Positions 12,827-25,514 of a stretch of 64,000 nucleotides of DNA are shown piece after piece. Source of the stretch: Nemertoderma westbladi. Taxonomy: Eukaryota > Animalia > Xenacoelomorpha. The notes below the pieces were generated by a model. That model made no database searches. It was not told where the DNA came from and saw only the letters and a program-made list of their open reading frames with translations. The translations under genes were made by a program, and so were the position numbers. Numbering within the stretch: position 1 is the stretch's first letter; every line of letters starts with the position of its first letter. The stretch covers positions 48,835-112,834 of the forward strand of contig JAUCBJ010008332.1 of the NCBI GenBank assembly GCA_032718475.1, read 5' to 3'.

Positions 12827-12969
12827 ATATACTAAAATTAATTAAACGCTCTCTTTATACTGTATTATAGTCAAACATTCATTATTACATCAATATGACT
12901 ACATTAATTTACACCTGTAAAACAGTACAGAGTACAGTATGAGTCATCGTGGTTTGCGTGGGGACTACG

Positions 12970-14830
12970 GTGTAATTTTTTACCATGATTTTGTCCTATT
13001 TCCCTTTTACAAACTCTCTGGCCAGGCCAGGCGTCTTTCCCACTGAAACACTAGGCCTTACAGTTGCCATCTGTTGATACGACTGCTCCTTTGTTATCTC
13101 CATGTGGCTTGGATTTGTTTAGACTATGAGGCACCTTTTTTCTCTCCCCTCCATTAAAATTCTCCCACTTATTTAATGGAACAAATAATTTCTTGTACAA
13201 AGGTGCCAGGTGGTAATTAATTACCTTGGCCAATGAGGGATCGCTCAACATCATTGTACATCGTTCTGATGATTCCTACTAAGCACTCAACTAGCTCTGG
13301 CAATGGTCTTGGTTTCCATTCAAAATGCTGCTTGATGATATGGTTGGCCGATTCACTGTTATTGTTGGTACAGAATTCATTAACTTGTCCTGATCTGCTT
13401 TGGTTTCCAAATGTATTCTAATATTAATGGTAGTACTCTATTGGATAAGCATTTCTTGAATTTCTTAGGAATTTGGCCATTTGCCATTATTTGATACACC
13501 CTGTCCTGGAATTCTTTCTCATCAATTTAATTTATTACACCATCGTCTTGCCCATAAAAAGGTTGACCAATAACTTTCCGACAGACGTGTCATGCTGCTC
13601 GACCATCATCCATTAGATGTTTACTGACGTTTTCTTGACATGGTTGAGGCAAAGAAGATGCATCGACGATGGAAACGCTAATTTAATCACCTCTTTGAGG
13701 GACAATTCTTCATCAGAGTCTATTTTAAGGTTTTGAACAGGTGAGTCCTCTTAAGTGGGAGAGGAAGTAGAGGAATACGGCAAGATCCATATATCATTAA
13801 TGGACCTAGAAATATTTAATTTTCACCAGTTTCAAGTTGTATAACCAAGAGATTCTTAAATATGCAGGCCGTGCAGGCGTGCAAGCAACTTGCCAAGATT
13901 GAATGTTTTATCAATGGAAAGGACATAATTTCTGAGGCAGCAAAATTGTTCAATGTCTTTTATCTGTTGCCCGTTTCTGCTTTGTTTCTGATCTGCTTTG
14001 TGATCTGCTTTGTCTTGTGACAATGAATATATGCATCACCTATTCTTTTTGCATTTCCATGTGGCACACGTTATATATCAATATGATGGAAGGAGATTCT
14101 TTAACATATAGCACAGATTGAACGCAGTCGTTCGTCTGCACCATTGATTCAAGGGCTAAAAACCTCATCACCAAGATTGAGGCAAGCAATTGGCACCAAA
14201 GTTTCTGGGGTTGATTGCTTCAGCTGGTACTTCCTATTTCTCAGTGGTTTCATATTTCGGGAAGACACATACTCTTGTTGCATTATTTAATATGCCTTGT
14301 TTGGAGGGACGAGCCCCACTTACCCATCAGCACGACTCCACACTGCTTTGTGACAATGAATATATGCATCACCTATTCCTTTTGCATTTCCATGTGGCAC
14401 ATGTCCAATAAATACCCCCGTATACACGTACACTGCCCGATCCGAGTGGTTTATATACAAAACACACTAACTATTTGAATTGTCTGCTTTTAAGAAAGCA
14501 TAAAATCTTTTAACTGGGACGATTTGGTTGGGTTCTGGTTGTGGGTCTAAGGGTGTGTGTTAACTGACCCCATCGTCACGATATTAGGTGTAATACTAGT
14601 TCTGATATATATTGAATCAGCAAACCATAATTTATGAAGGCAATGAAACTATTTATTATATGGAAAACGAATAGCACTCTATTTCCCTTAGGACCCCGAA
14701 CCCGTCACGTATATTGAAGTTGTTGTTGGTGGTTGGCAGAATGTAAATCGATATTAGTTTTTGATATTAGATGTTAGTAAAGCTGCTTGAATATCTTACG
14801 TTTGTATTCATCATGCATACACTGTCTACA
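12970..14830 (-). pseudogene. Mutator-like (MULE) DDE transposase pseudogene
   Basis: Across frameshifts: LDPQPEPNQIVPVKRFYAFLK, VPHGNAK..YIH, RNRKYQ, VQSVLYVK..PSIIL, QIKDIEQFC..VLSIDKTFNLG, KIDSDEELSLKEVIKLAFPSMHLLCLNHVK (D..CxxH), TNNNSESANHIIKQHFEWKPRPLPELV, DVERSLIGQGN, VVSTDG..PGQR. Confidence 0.75.
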
Positions 14831-14924
14831 AAAAAACTGCATATGGTCACGCTGTGAAATATGAAAATCTGCTGGAGGTAATTGCAGACAATCAGCATGC
14901 ATCCATGATTCATTTATACCATTC

Positions 14925-15150
14925 GACCCGCAATTGTCGATTTAGTGGGGGTAGACACCTTCACAGTGCGAGTAGAGTGAATACTTTTCGAAATTTTCAT
15001 CAAATGTACACGCATCTTATCTCAAAATTTGAACATTGATCAATATCTGGTGATTGGGCAATTAGATTGGGCAATATCTCAATATGTATGTAATCACTCT
15101 ACTCTCGTTTTGCAGGTGTCTACCCCCACTAAATCGATAATTGCGGTTTC
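14925..15150. repeat. Palindromic repeat module (CGATTTAGTGGGGGTAGACACCT family)
   Basis: Inverted pair at ~14930-14975 and ~15095-15147; the same motif occurs in the palindrome at 18860-19672. Confidence 0.65.
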
Positions 15151-15870
15151 AATGAGCACAATTTGGATTCAGAGCAGTAATGGAAAGTAATATTTGTAGT
15201 GAAATGCATCTCACAATCTCACATTTACGCGTATATATTGGGTTCCGGCAACTGAAACATAATATAGAATATCTCGAGAAATAATCAATCTACTTTCATT
15301 TTGAAGGTGTCTACCATCACTATATCGATTATTGCGGTTCGGATTGTATAAGATATTTGCAATAGGAGTAGCAAAAGTTGGTAATAACCCAAATGGCTGT
15401 TATGGGGTAGTCGTGATAAGTGTCGATTGAGTGCAAAAATGTTGCCCTGGCCCTGGAGTTCCACTGAGTGCAAAAATGTTGCCATGGCCCTAGAGTTCCA
15501 CTAAATTTAAAACAATTACAGTATCACAATTTTCTACACATTTGTGCATTATTTTATAGGTGAGCCGAGTTGAATTTAGAAATTTTTTTTTTGGTCTACC
15601 CTACTCCTACAGTTGGATTGAGAGGTCATGATGAAGGTCATAACCATAAATTGTTTCATAAGTAATCACGCCTACTAATGTGCAAAAATAATTTTTCACA
15701 TAGAGTACGTAGTTCCAATTTGGAATTGGCTTCCAGCTGAGGTCGTAAATTCAAATTCGAAATTGTTATTTTCTTACAATTTAAAGGAACTTTATTTTCT
15801 TCCATTTTGCAAATTTATTAGGAATCTATTGTAAATAATATGTTTGTAAAGTTGTAAATATATTTTTTCC

Positions 15871-16138
15871 ACCTTGGTGTAGTGGTTACATTGAATTCAC
15901 ATCTCCCGTAGGTCGTAGGTTCGATCCTCACATGGGCCAGGGCAGTTTACGTTTTGGCACGAATGCTTTAAAGGGACCAGCCAGGGCGCATCTCTACCTT
16001 GCAACCTTAAGTGGTAGCTAAATGAGTACTGGAGTTTCCTCTGGGGAGTAAAGTTCTGGGGGGACCACACTGGAAATAAGTTGTCAGACTTTGTGCGTAA
16101 TCCCTGCATAGCGGCCAAAGTAAATTTACTTTACTTTT
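15871..16138 (+). mobile_element. tRNA-derived SINE, second family
   Basis: A box TGGTGTAGTGG, B box GGTTCGATCC, body TAAATGAGTACTGGAGTTTCCTCTGGGGAGTAAAG, tail CCACACTGGAAATAAGT...(TTTAC)n. A related copy lies at 48430-48650. Confidence 0.75.
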
Positions 16139-16429
16139 TTTAATTTGTATATTAATTGCCGTATTTTAAGTTGAATGAATATGTTTTACTCATTTGTTAT
16201 CCTTTTTTAGCTTGTTCCTGAATTTACACATGGTTATTTTTTATAATACTGGTATTCACTAAATTTTAATATTTTTACTCTTTATTCTTTTTTTGTACTA
16301 ATTGCACTTTGTGCTCTAACTGTCTCAACTGTTAATTTTTAAATTAGTCTTTTTTTTATTATTGGATTGTTTTAAAGACACATTTTGGTCTAGCAACTAG
16401 TAATTAATTATTAATTAAACCCTTAACTC

Positions 16430-17650
16430 GAGCAATCGTAAAGTATTCTGGCTTACGCTCACTGATTCGGTATTTCCACCTGTGCTTGAATGCAATCAAC
16501 CAATCATCTCCAGGCATTCCGTTTCTGAAGAATTTATTTCCTTGCCCAATAGGAGTACACTTTAAATATGATTGTATAATTATCCTGACCTGTTTAAATC
16601 CCAGAGGCCAACCCTAAATCACACATATACTCCGAAGCATCCACCTTCAATAATTGGAGCCAGAGCTGGTGGTCGACCAGCTCCAAAACTCGAATGTCTA
16701 GAATGTTGTGCAAGTAGCTCAACAATGCGCGATTTGTCTTCAAATAATAATGTAGCCGTCAAGACTCCCATGTCAAAACATTCGATGAGATCATTAGATG
16801 CTAGTGTAAAGTCGTGTCGATTTTCAGCTGAATTCAATGTAAACTATCTTGCTATAGGTGTCCTTATTGTTTGGAATTTCGTCAATTGTTACCTGGTACG
16901 GTAAACCCAAAATGCAGGAAGCAAGTGATTTAGAAAAGCAGTGGGGCCCTGGGCATACATTCAACAGAGCTAATGCGGTCATCATGCCAAATGTTTAAAT
17001 TTATTATTGTCAATCACATTGTGGCGAAACGTGTAAGATGGAAATGAGCCTCGCAATATAGTTCCAGGCTGTTGAAGAAAAAACAAAGTAAACATTTCTT
17101 TCGTAGGCCCTCCTGTATCAACTGCAGGCTCCCCTAAAAACTTCACGCTATCAAGTGGACTTTGAATTGGTTCATCCTCCAGTGTATCATAAATACTTTG
17201 TACTACAGAGCTTTGAGGAATTTCGAAATGTGTAATTATTGTAGGTTCTGCATTTGCTATTAATAGCTCCTTAAGTTGAATGATAGCATCTTTGAGAGAT
17301 GTAATTTCGTCTGTGCCAGTAGTCGCTGAGGCTGCGCAATCACCATGCGCTTCACCATGTTCCAAGTCACTAAAACTTTCCTTAGATCCATTATCATTAA
17401 CCGTAACTGGAAGCACATCACCGTTAAAAAACTGATCAACATCCAACAAACATCCGTCGTAGTTGACAATAAAACTGCCGACATAGTCTTCCGATTGTGA
17501 TATAGAAACGTGTTCAGCATTCATTTCAGGAACAGCTACAAGTTCCGGTATAGAGCTGCTGCAATGCGAAGTATTTGTAGGAACTTCACGATCGGTGGTA
17601 CCAGTATTTGATTTCGCAAGTAAAATGGGACGAATCTTCCATGACTCAAT
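16430..17650 (-). pseudogene. Second G2E3-like HECT E3 ligase pseudogene fragment
   Basis: ORF 16982-17524 ends in VKFLGEPAVDTGGPTKEMFTLFF, the G2E3-type FxGExAxDxGGPxREFF motif, then ALALLNVCPGPHCFSKSL. Broken downstream; C-lobe not seen. Confidence 0.75.
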
Positions 17651-18859
17651 GCATTTATTTATACAATAACCCCGAATGCTCCCGTAGTCAGACTAATCTT
17701 CACCACATTTGTTTAATAAAGTGAAACTATAGTATAGCTCGAGCGCAGGTGTGGGAGCCGCAGCTTCTTCAACCGGGATTTTCGCCAGCTTCTCCAGTAC
17801 TGGTGCTAAAAACAATTGAAACTAAATCATCTATCACTGAACTTATTGGTGCTTCCATCGAGCAGTTCACTCTTAAATAACCATTTTCACCAAGTGGATC
17901 TTTAATAATTCTGGGCTTTGGCGTAATTATCAGGTGAAGAACTTTTCAAACTGCAGTCAACTTTAAGAATAAATGTGATATAATTAAATGGATTCAACTT
18001 CCGAATCTTGCGATGAGGCATTCTGTGTGACACAGAACCTGCTCCAACTATAGGTGCTATTGGGGTAGAAAAGTTCTAGAAACAAAAAATATTTGTTCTA
18101 CTGGTAGAACATATTTTTTTTTAAAAATGAATAGCTGAATAGGGTTCTATCACATTTGAGGCACAGTGACAACTGACAAACACCTTTCCTGCTTTCCCCA
18201 GTGGCCATTTTGGACCAATTTGTCTCAAATTTCACACAGACTCTCTCGGACCTATGTGTAACTTCATGGGTCCTACTAAATACTACAAAAAGCACAAAAA
18301 AAGCACAAAAAAGTCAAGAACATCACAAAAAAAACACAAAAAAGCACAAAAAAGTAAAAAAAAAGCACAAAAAAGCACAAAAAAGCAACCTAATAGCTGT
18401 TTATTGAGCTTGTAACTGTGTAATAGAACAGATGATAGAAGCAATATTGTGTGATAATTGTGATATTGTGCAATAATAATCAGATAGTGCAGTAGTGTCT
18501 AGGCTACCGGTAGGATAATCCCATGTACAGTATGCTTTCATGGCATGTATGTATAGTAGGGCAGTGCGTTTTTTACTTTTTTTCGATTTCATTGTTCTAC
18601 CGGTGCACAAAAGTTGCCAAATGGTATAAAATTAAGGCAAAAAAAATTTCTCCAAATTTCATCTATATCTTGACGGATCCCAAGGGGGTTGAAATTTTAA
18701 GCCTTCGCGATGCACCACAATGAAATTTATAACAATATAACACATTGATGAAAGATCAATGACGCAAGAAAGAACTTCCTTCATGCATCAAATGTCATCA
18801 AATGGGTCCAAACGTAGTTAGATACCAAAATTTTAAATTTTGGATCAAGGGAACTAGTG

Positions 18860-19672
18860 CCACAGGCACAAGGCCAGAAGCTACCCTTTGGCGCTAGTGA
18901 CGATTATTCTCAATTTTTGCGATGGCCAACTTTTAGTACTCCTACTGCATTAATAGTATGCTCATTAGAACCACAATGACCGATTTAGTGGGGGTAGACA
19001 CCTTCAAAACTAACGTAGAGCGAATAGTTCTTGAGATATCGCAGAAAATGTGAAGTCCGGCACAAGTCTACATTACGGCCTTGAAGCGATATGGGCAAAT
19101 ACACTAACAATGATACTTTGAATTATCTTAAGGCATCAAAAATATACACATCACTGCAACAAGTTGATTTAGTGTATACAGGCACCTTCAAAATGAAAGA
19201 GTAGTGATTAGTTCACTATAGTTTTTGTACGAAATGTGTGGAATGGGTCAACTCAATCTCAATATCAAGTATCAATAAATTGGTGGACATAGTCTTGACA
19301 TTTTGTAAAATAGCTCAAGAACTACTGACTCTACTCTTATTTTGAAGGTGTCTACACCCACTACATTGATCATTTTCTGTCATGTGTCTATTCTTGATTC
19401 CTTGAGATAATTCAAAGTATCATTTTATTATATTTGTCCATATCACATCAAGGCGGTAATGTAGACTTGTGCCGGACTTCATATTTTCCGCGATATCTCA
19501 AGAACTATTCGCTCTATGCTTGTTTTGATGGTGTCTACCCCCACTAAATCGGTCATTGCGGTTCTAATGAGCATAATATTAAAGCAGTAGGAGAACTAAA
19601 AGTTGGCCATCGCGAAAATTGAGAATAATCGTCACTTGCGCCAAAGGGTAGGTTCTGCCCATATGCCTGTGG
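18860..19672. repeat. ~810-bp imperfect palindrome present only in the left TIR arm
   Basis: CCACAGGCA...CTACCCTTTGGCGC..GTGACGATTATTCTCAATTTT..GCGATGGCCAACTTTTAGT is mirrored at 19590-19672; the pairing continues inward. Confidence 0.85.
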
Positions 19673-22005
19673 CCGGTCCGACGAATCTGTACAAATAAGT
19701 ACAAAAAAAATACAAAATAGTACAAAAGAGTACAAAATAGTACAATAAAGTGCAAAAATAGTACAAAAGAGTGCAAAAATAGTACAAAAGAGTACAAACG
19801 AGTGAGAAACGCTTGCAAAACGTGTATTCAAGTGTAGTTCAAATCGTGTAGAGGGTCGTACATGATGTGCAAAATAAAACAAAGCATAGTGGGGCGAGCC
19901 ACGCATTGAGTGGGGAGCTGATCTAGCAGTCAGAGAGCATGACAATACAATCTTATGAGTTTTTAATGCAGCTTTTTGTGTTCTAAAAACACAAAAACGG
20001 TCCCAAGCCCGTAAAAATGCAGATGCACAATCAAGATGCAAGAATGCAGAATCACGTTGCACACTTAAATAGCAATCAAGAACACCAAGTAGGACCTTCC
20101 CAGGTAGCAAATGTAGTTCAAACAAACATTCCACAGAATAAATAAACGTTAAATTTTCGTTATTTTTAGTGATTTGAATTGGCGTCCAAGGTGGCAGAAT
20201 GTGCATTGGTAATTGTATCGCAGCAATATAAATATTTTATTATTGAAATATTGTTGTAATAAATTATTACACTGTACTAAGGCTTTTAACAAAAATAAAA
20301 TTAGACACTTCATGCTCTGTTATTTCTAACTACTGGGTGATATGTGATTATAATTTATTCAAATTATACTTTTCAGATTTCTAAGACGATTATTCAAGCT
20401 GTGATGGGATCTCGTGTTATGGGGAGCAACTACAAAGGAGACAATGAGAAAGTTAAGGTTTGAACGAAGCGCGGGCCAGTTCCATTAGCCGGTGGTGGGG
20501 GAAAAAGTTCACATATGTCATGGTTATTCGTTACACCTCTTGGGATAGAAGTAAACCGCTGAAGTTAAAAAATGTAAACAACATACAGATGTCTGTTAAT
20601 CAGCTGTATAAATATAAATGTTATAAATCAAACTAAACTGTAGGTTAATATGTTTTTTATACATAAATAATTACCTCAATTAATATGTTAATTATATTCT
20701 AAATATTAATATTATATTGGAAGATGAGGCGGGAATGTGGAGCCAGGGATATTAACCCTTAGCATATTCTAATATAAATGAGGAAGGGCACACGCAATGA
20801 AGCCACTTATGAACGATTTTGTGTTTCTTAAAATTTATAATTGCCGAATAATATACTGTATTTGGCTAAGATTAGTGCAGATCGTGAATTTCACGAATAA
20901 ACGGGCATAGGGGCTCATAAAAAAACCTTCGCAGATAATTTCTTTAATGTTTTGATATCAGTGCCTGACATCCTAAAGTATCTGAAATGGGAAATTGGAA
21001 GCAAATTCCGTTATGTGTGGGCTCCTACTTTAAAGTTGAAATAGACTACATTTTTTAACATTTTCCAAAATCTCTGTGCGAATATTGCCACAATTAAGGT
21101 GAAAATACAGTCATTATTATAAATAACATTAATCCTAGTCTGTTTATTTGCCTGTGTGAGTGATGTTTCAACCTCGGTTGTAGTTAAGAAATAAATTAAT
21201 TTTGGTTTCCTAGAGATCAATCAACTTCGTTTGAAAAAATAATAAAACGCTATTGCAAATTTCGTAATTCCGTAACGGAAACATGACATTTTTTTAAAAT
21301 AGCTTTTAAAATACTCAACATGTGACATTCAAATTTTAAATTCTTTTCCTCTAACCGATGAGCAGCAATACGCAATTATTTTCCTTTTGTGCCAATGTGA
21401 TATATAAGTCGAGATATTTGCGTTACGTAATTACAATTTCACGTTACGGAATTATGTTACGGAATTACAATTTTCCAACAATGTGTGAGGTTAGTCTTGG
21501 TGTAGACTGTAGAGTGGTATAGTGCGAGACGTTATTGTTGGTGTAGACTGGTACACTGCGAGACGTTATTGTTGGTGTAGACTGGTACACTGCGAGACGT
21601 TAGTTCATCTAAGTTATCTTCGAAACACCAGGTAACACTTTATCTGGGAAAAGTCGTGCGAATGTAATTCCGTAACGATGAGATTCTGTTTGGTTCACCT
21701 CTAATGTTATTTTTATTATACTGTATTTGTATTGTTAAGAGAGAAGGTAAGCCAATCGCTGGGAGAGATGGCATTTCAATATTTCAACTATAATGACCCC
21801 CTGGGCGAAATTGGGTTAAGAGCAATGTACTCTCAGTACGAAAATTGTAACGTAAATGGATAATAGTAAAAAAAATACTACATATACATTTTTGTTTTAT
21901 CTCTAGAAATAAATAATTGAAATATTCATAGGAATATAAATCACTACAATCACAATTACAATAATTCCCTATAAATCAGGAATACAAAACGAGTAGATCA
22001 AGTTT

Positions 22006-22902
22006 CTAGTGTTTTATATTGGTCCGATGTCTCTTCACCCTTTTTTTCTGATCGGGCTTTCTTGCCACTGATTGTTTTTGTGGCATTAACATTTTGCCAT
22101 GTTTAGATGAGACAATGTTTCCTTCAATTATTCGCTTGCGTTTAGCACTTTCAATAAATCCTCGAAACAGTACTTATTTCTCATTTTCACTCTTTGTAAT
22201 CCAATCATGTCTATCGATGTGAAAACGCTTAAATTGCTGCGACAACTTATAATTTCCGCTACCGTACAACGCTCGTCGTAAATCTAACATTTGCAAGCTT
22301 GTGATTTCGCTGATCTGGAGATACGAGGGACAGTTCTGAGTTACTGTCGTAGTAGTTTCCATTTCCCACCATCTCTACTGCCGTGCGTACGCGAAGTTCT
22401 AATGAAGATTCTTCACTACCAGAAATTGCAATCGATATTGCATTGAATAAACAATTGCCATCTCCGCGAACAACGACGGGCACTTGTTTCACATTTGCGT
22501 TTATAATGTTAGTATCCCGCATTAAGGAATAGGAAAGCTCATCTATATCATGAATATCACTATCATAAGTGACCTCTCGCATTCCAAACATTGGAACATT
22601 CCTTAAATGAATTTGTTCTATAATACATGCATGTCGTAAATTTGCCATTCCAGTGACAGCTGCATTACTAATTCGAAGCAACGCTTTTCCGAAGTGAAAA
22701 TTTCCAGAACCATTGGAGTTGCATTTAAAACAATAATATTCATTTTTAATACTTTGCAACGATTGTAACTGAGAACGTGATAACAATTCGCAGGTATCGT
22801 GAAACCAGTTATTGCATCCCCCGCACCACACACAGTCAGTTATACAGGGTTTGTGACATATCCTGCAAGGATAATTATTTTGTAACTTCTTCTTAGCGGC
22901 AT
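22006..22902 (-). pseudogene. Internally deleted PHD finger + vertnin-like OTU domain + MULE transposase C-terminus
   Basis: PHD: YPCRICHKPCITDCVWCGGCNNWFHDTC...YYCFKC. OTU: VVRGDGNCLFNAISIAISGSEESSLELRVRTAVEM. At ~22320 it joins directly to LQMLDLRRALYGSGNYKL...HDW...SKHGKMLMPQKQSVARKPDQKKR, homologous to the C-terminus of the 12970-14830 transposase. Confidence 0.8.
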
Positions 22903-23336
22903 ATCTATTGCTAGAATATTAAATTGTTTTAATGCAACTACAGCAGAACTACAGTATAAAGATAATAAACATCACACAAATACATCTTGCGAAACGTCAA
23001 TCAATTCCTTTACTAACAGAATTCCTATTTTTACTAGAATCAAAATTAACTTTATGTCTACACAATTTCATGGCGGGCGTCACAATAATACTAATAAAAT
23101 GCTAGCTATCTATAGCTACGAAGAAGAAGTACTGTATAGTCTCTGATACGGTTCGCAGAAACGGTTTATTAAAGAAAGATTCTGCAAATAACTAAATGAC
23201 TAAAATACTGTACCTAAAACTGACACACGCAATGATTGGAGAAACGAAATGGTATGCAGCTGATGCAACATTATAGAGTAATTATATGTACTCTACCTTG
23301 CAAATTGTTATGTTTGCGACCAATAGCAGTGCAGAG

Positions 23337-24865
23337 TATAAAATGCTATGGCTACTAAATTTCAAATGTTTTAATATCTATATTAGTAAACAAGTTTTTG
23401 AAATATAAATTAAACTTATATTTGTATTTTAGATAGATGATTTAGTTATTATGGTCCATTTTTGCATATCATTGCGGTGAATCAACATGTTATTTCTATT
23501 TGCAAGTAAAGTTATTGTTGTTAAGGGTTGCTAAGTGATCTACATTAAATTTAGAGTACTTTTATTAGTATTTTAAATAGAAGTTGACAACTACCTGTTA
23601 ATGGCTTTAGGCCTGGCAGCTGTTATATAAACCACGCCATATGAGTGGAGCGTTTTCTGTGCGCTGGTCCAATCAGGAGCGAGCAGCAATGCCCTCTAAG
23701 CAATACCCGTAGTAATACATTGCAGCTAACCTCAGCTCAATAGAAATTGTGAGTTTATATATTAGTTTTGGGGCCCAAATCCCATTTTTATCTCAACTCA
23801 ATTCTAGCTTGATTCTTCCTTAGTTAATTTCCTGTCATTTATATTAGTTTTGAATTTGAGCAATATGTTTTGCGTATATTAGTATAGAAATTGTCCTTGT
23901 AATAATATGTCTTAAATTAAATTATATTTGAAAGTCAGTTTAATGTTTTAATGGATTAATGTTTTGGAAACGCTACAGCTTACAGCGGCCATGTTGGGGC
24001 GTATAGGGTAATTTGGCGAAGGGATGAGATGCCTCAACGCACATTGGAAATAGTCAAGGGAAGTATGGGGCTTATTTTGGGCTAACAGATCGGTTTTGGG
24101 GGGCTAAATGGGTTTCAATATGTCCTAAAGATATAGTACTGCTTCATAGGTAACAGTATAATAAATTGGGAAGGAATGAGTAAATTTAGTTGTATTTCCC
24201 ATTTTGAACCTTACTTGTTTGTAAATAAATTATATACCGCAAGTCAATCGGAGATTAAACTAAATTGGGGGGATACACGAGTAAAAATAGGTCTTGCTTG
24301 TGTACGTTTTCAGGGCAAATGTTTTGGGTTAGTTAGGTATCATCCTTCATTGCCCATTTAGAAAACTACAGGATATTTGTATTATGTGCCAAGTTTAGCC
24401 ATTGGGCATAACCTATAGATAAGAAAATTGTACTTACATAATTTGTACTATTCTAGAACGAGAGTGTAGTTACAGTACAGATCATTCATTCTAGAACTGT
24501 AAAATCGGTTTTCTAAGGAGGGATGGAATCCTGGTGAGTCTCAAACATTTCTGGCCTATTTTAAATTTAGGTTTATATTTTAATGCGGTAACAATCTGTA
24601 GTCAGGATTTTTCGGCTTATAAAATAGATATTTCGCATCTACACTTACTGTAAATTATAAAGGTGATAGTAACAGGTGCTATTACATTGAAGTCCTGGAC
24701 CAGCGTTTTCTTTTGCTTGCGATAGATAATTAGTTTTCCCTGGTGGGGTTTTTATTTCGAAATATATTTATTTTGCTGGAGGAATTTGAGATCGCAATTT
24801 TAGTTTATACTAAGATTGTGGATCGAAGATTCGTTGGATATTATTTGGTTCCTACGAATTCTACA
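23337..24865 (+). repeat. 5' LTR (1529 bp)
   Basis: TATAAAATGC...GAATTCTACA; about 98% identical to 31078-32642 by manual comparison. Confidence 0.95.
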
Positions 24866-25514
24866 TACAAACAAGTTAAAAAATTGTAGATATTTTAAAT
24901 ACAAAAATGCGAATAAAAAATTAAATTTGTTTTGGACTCAAAATTGTAAATTAATTTGTAGGATTCAGATTCTGAGACAGCCGATTTATTCTCCGTACAA
25001 CTTACAGGTACACAGCAGTCATCTACACAACCGAGTTTGGAGTTTGCGATTTCTGGGTTTGGTGCACTGGTGTACAGCAGCTGCAGCAAGGCTGACACGG
25101 ATTGGTACGTGGCAGAAAGCGATTCTAAGGTTAGTTGTGTCGTTATTATTTCTTTGTGCCCGTGAGATAAAATTGAGAGTTTTTCTGGCTAGAATTTAGT
25201 GATTTGAAAATTTAAAAATTCTAGAGATAAATTTGGTAAAGGTATCATCGGTTGGTATAAGCCCGTACAAATGTGATCTAACGTAATTTTTATTGTGCGT
25301 TGAAGGTTGTCTCTGACCCACAGCCATTTATAGTAATATTAAAGGTAAATTAATTCGAATATATTGGTAAGTGTTAGGTGTAATATCCAATACCAATATA
25401 ATATTCCCGCTGTTAAATACAGCAAATATAAATTTTGTTATAACTAAATTAATTTTCACCGCAAGGTAAGTATTTCTATTGACAGAATATTAACACACTG
25501 ATACAGACAAGAGA

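Noticed and set aside
19553-20206. 217-aa hydrophobic ORF (partly mirrored at 33051-33308)
   Set aside because: Lies in the TIR arm and derives from 11-bp repeats; no recognisable domain.
20752-21819. piggyBac-like element bounded by TTAACCC and GGGTTAA
   Set aside because: The two ends do not match beyond CCC; only the right end looks genuine.
12970-22902. The two MULE-like fragments as halves of one interrupted gene
   Set aside because: Each has its own transposase C-terminus, so they are separate related copies.
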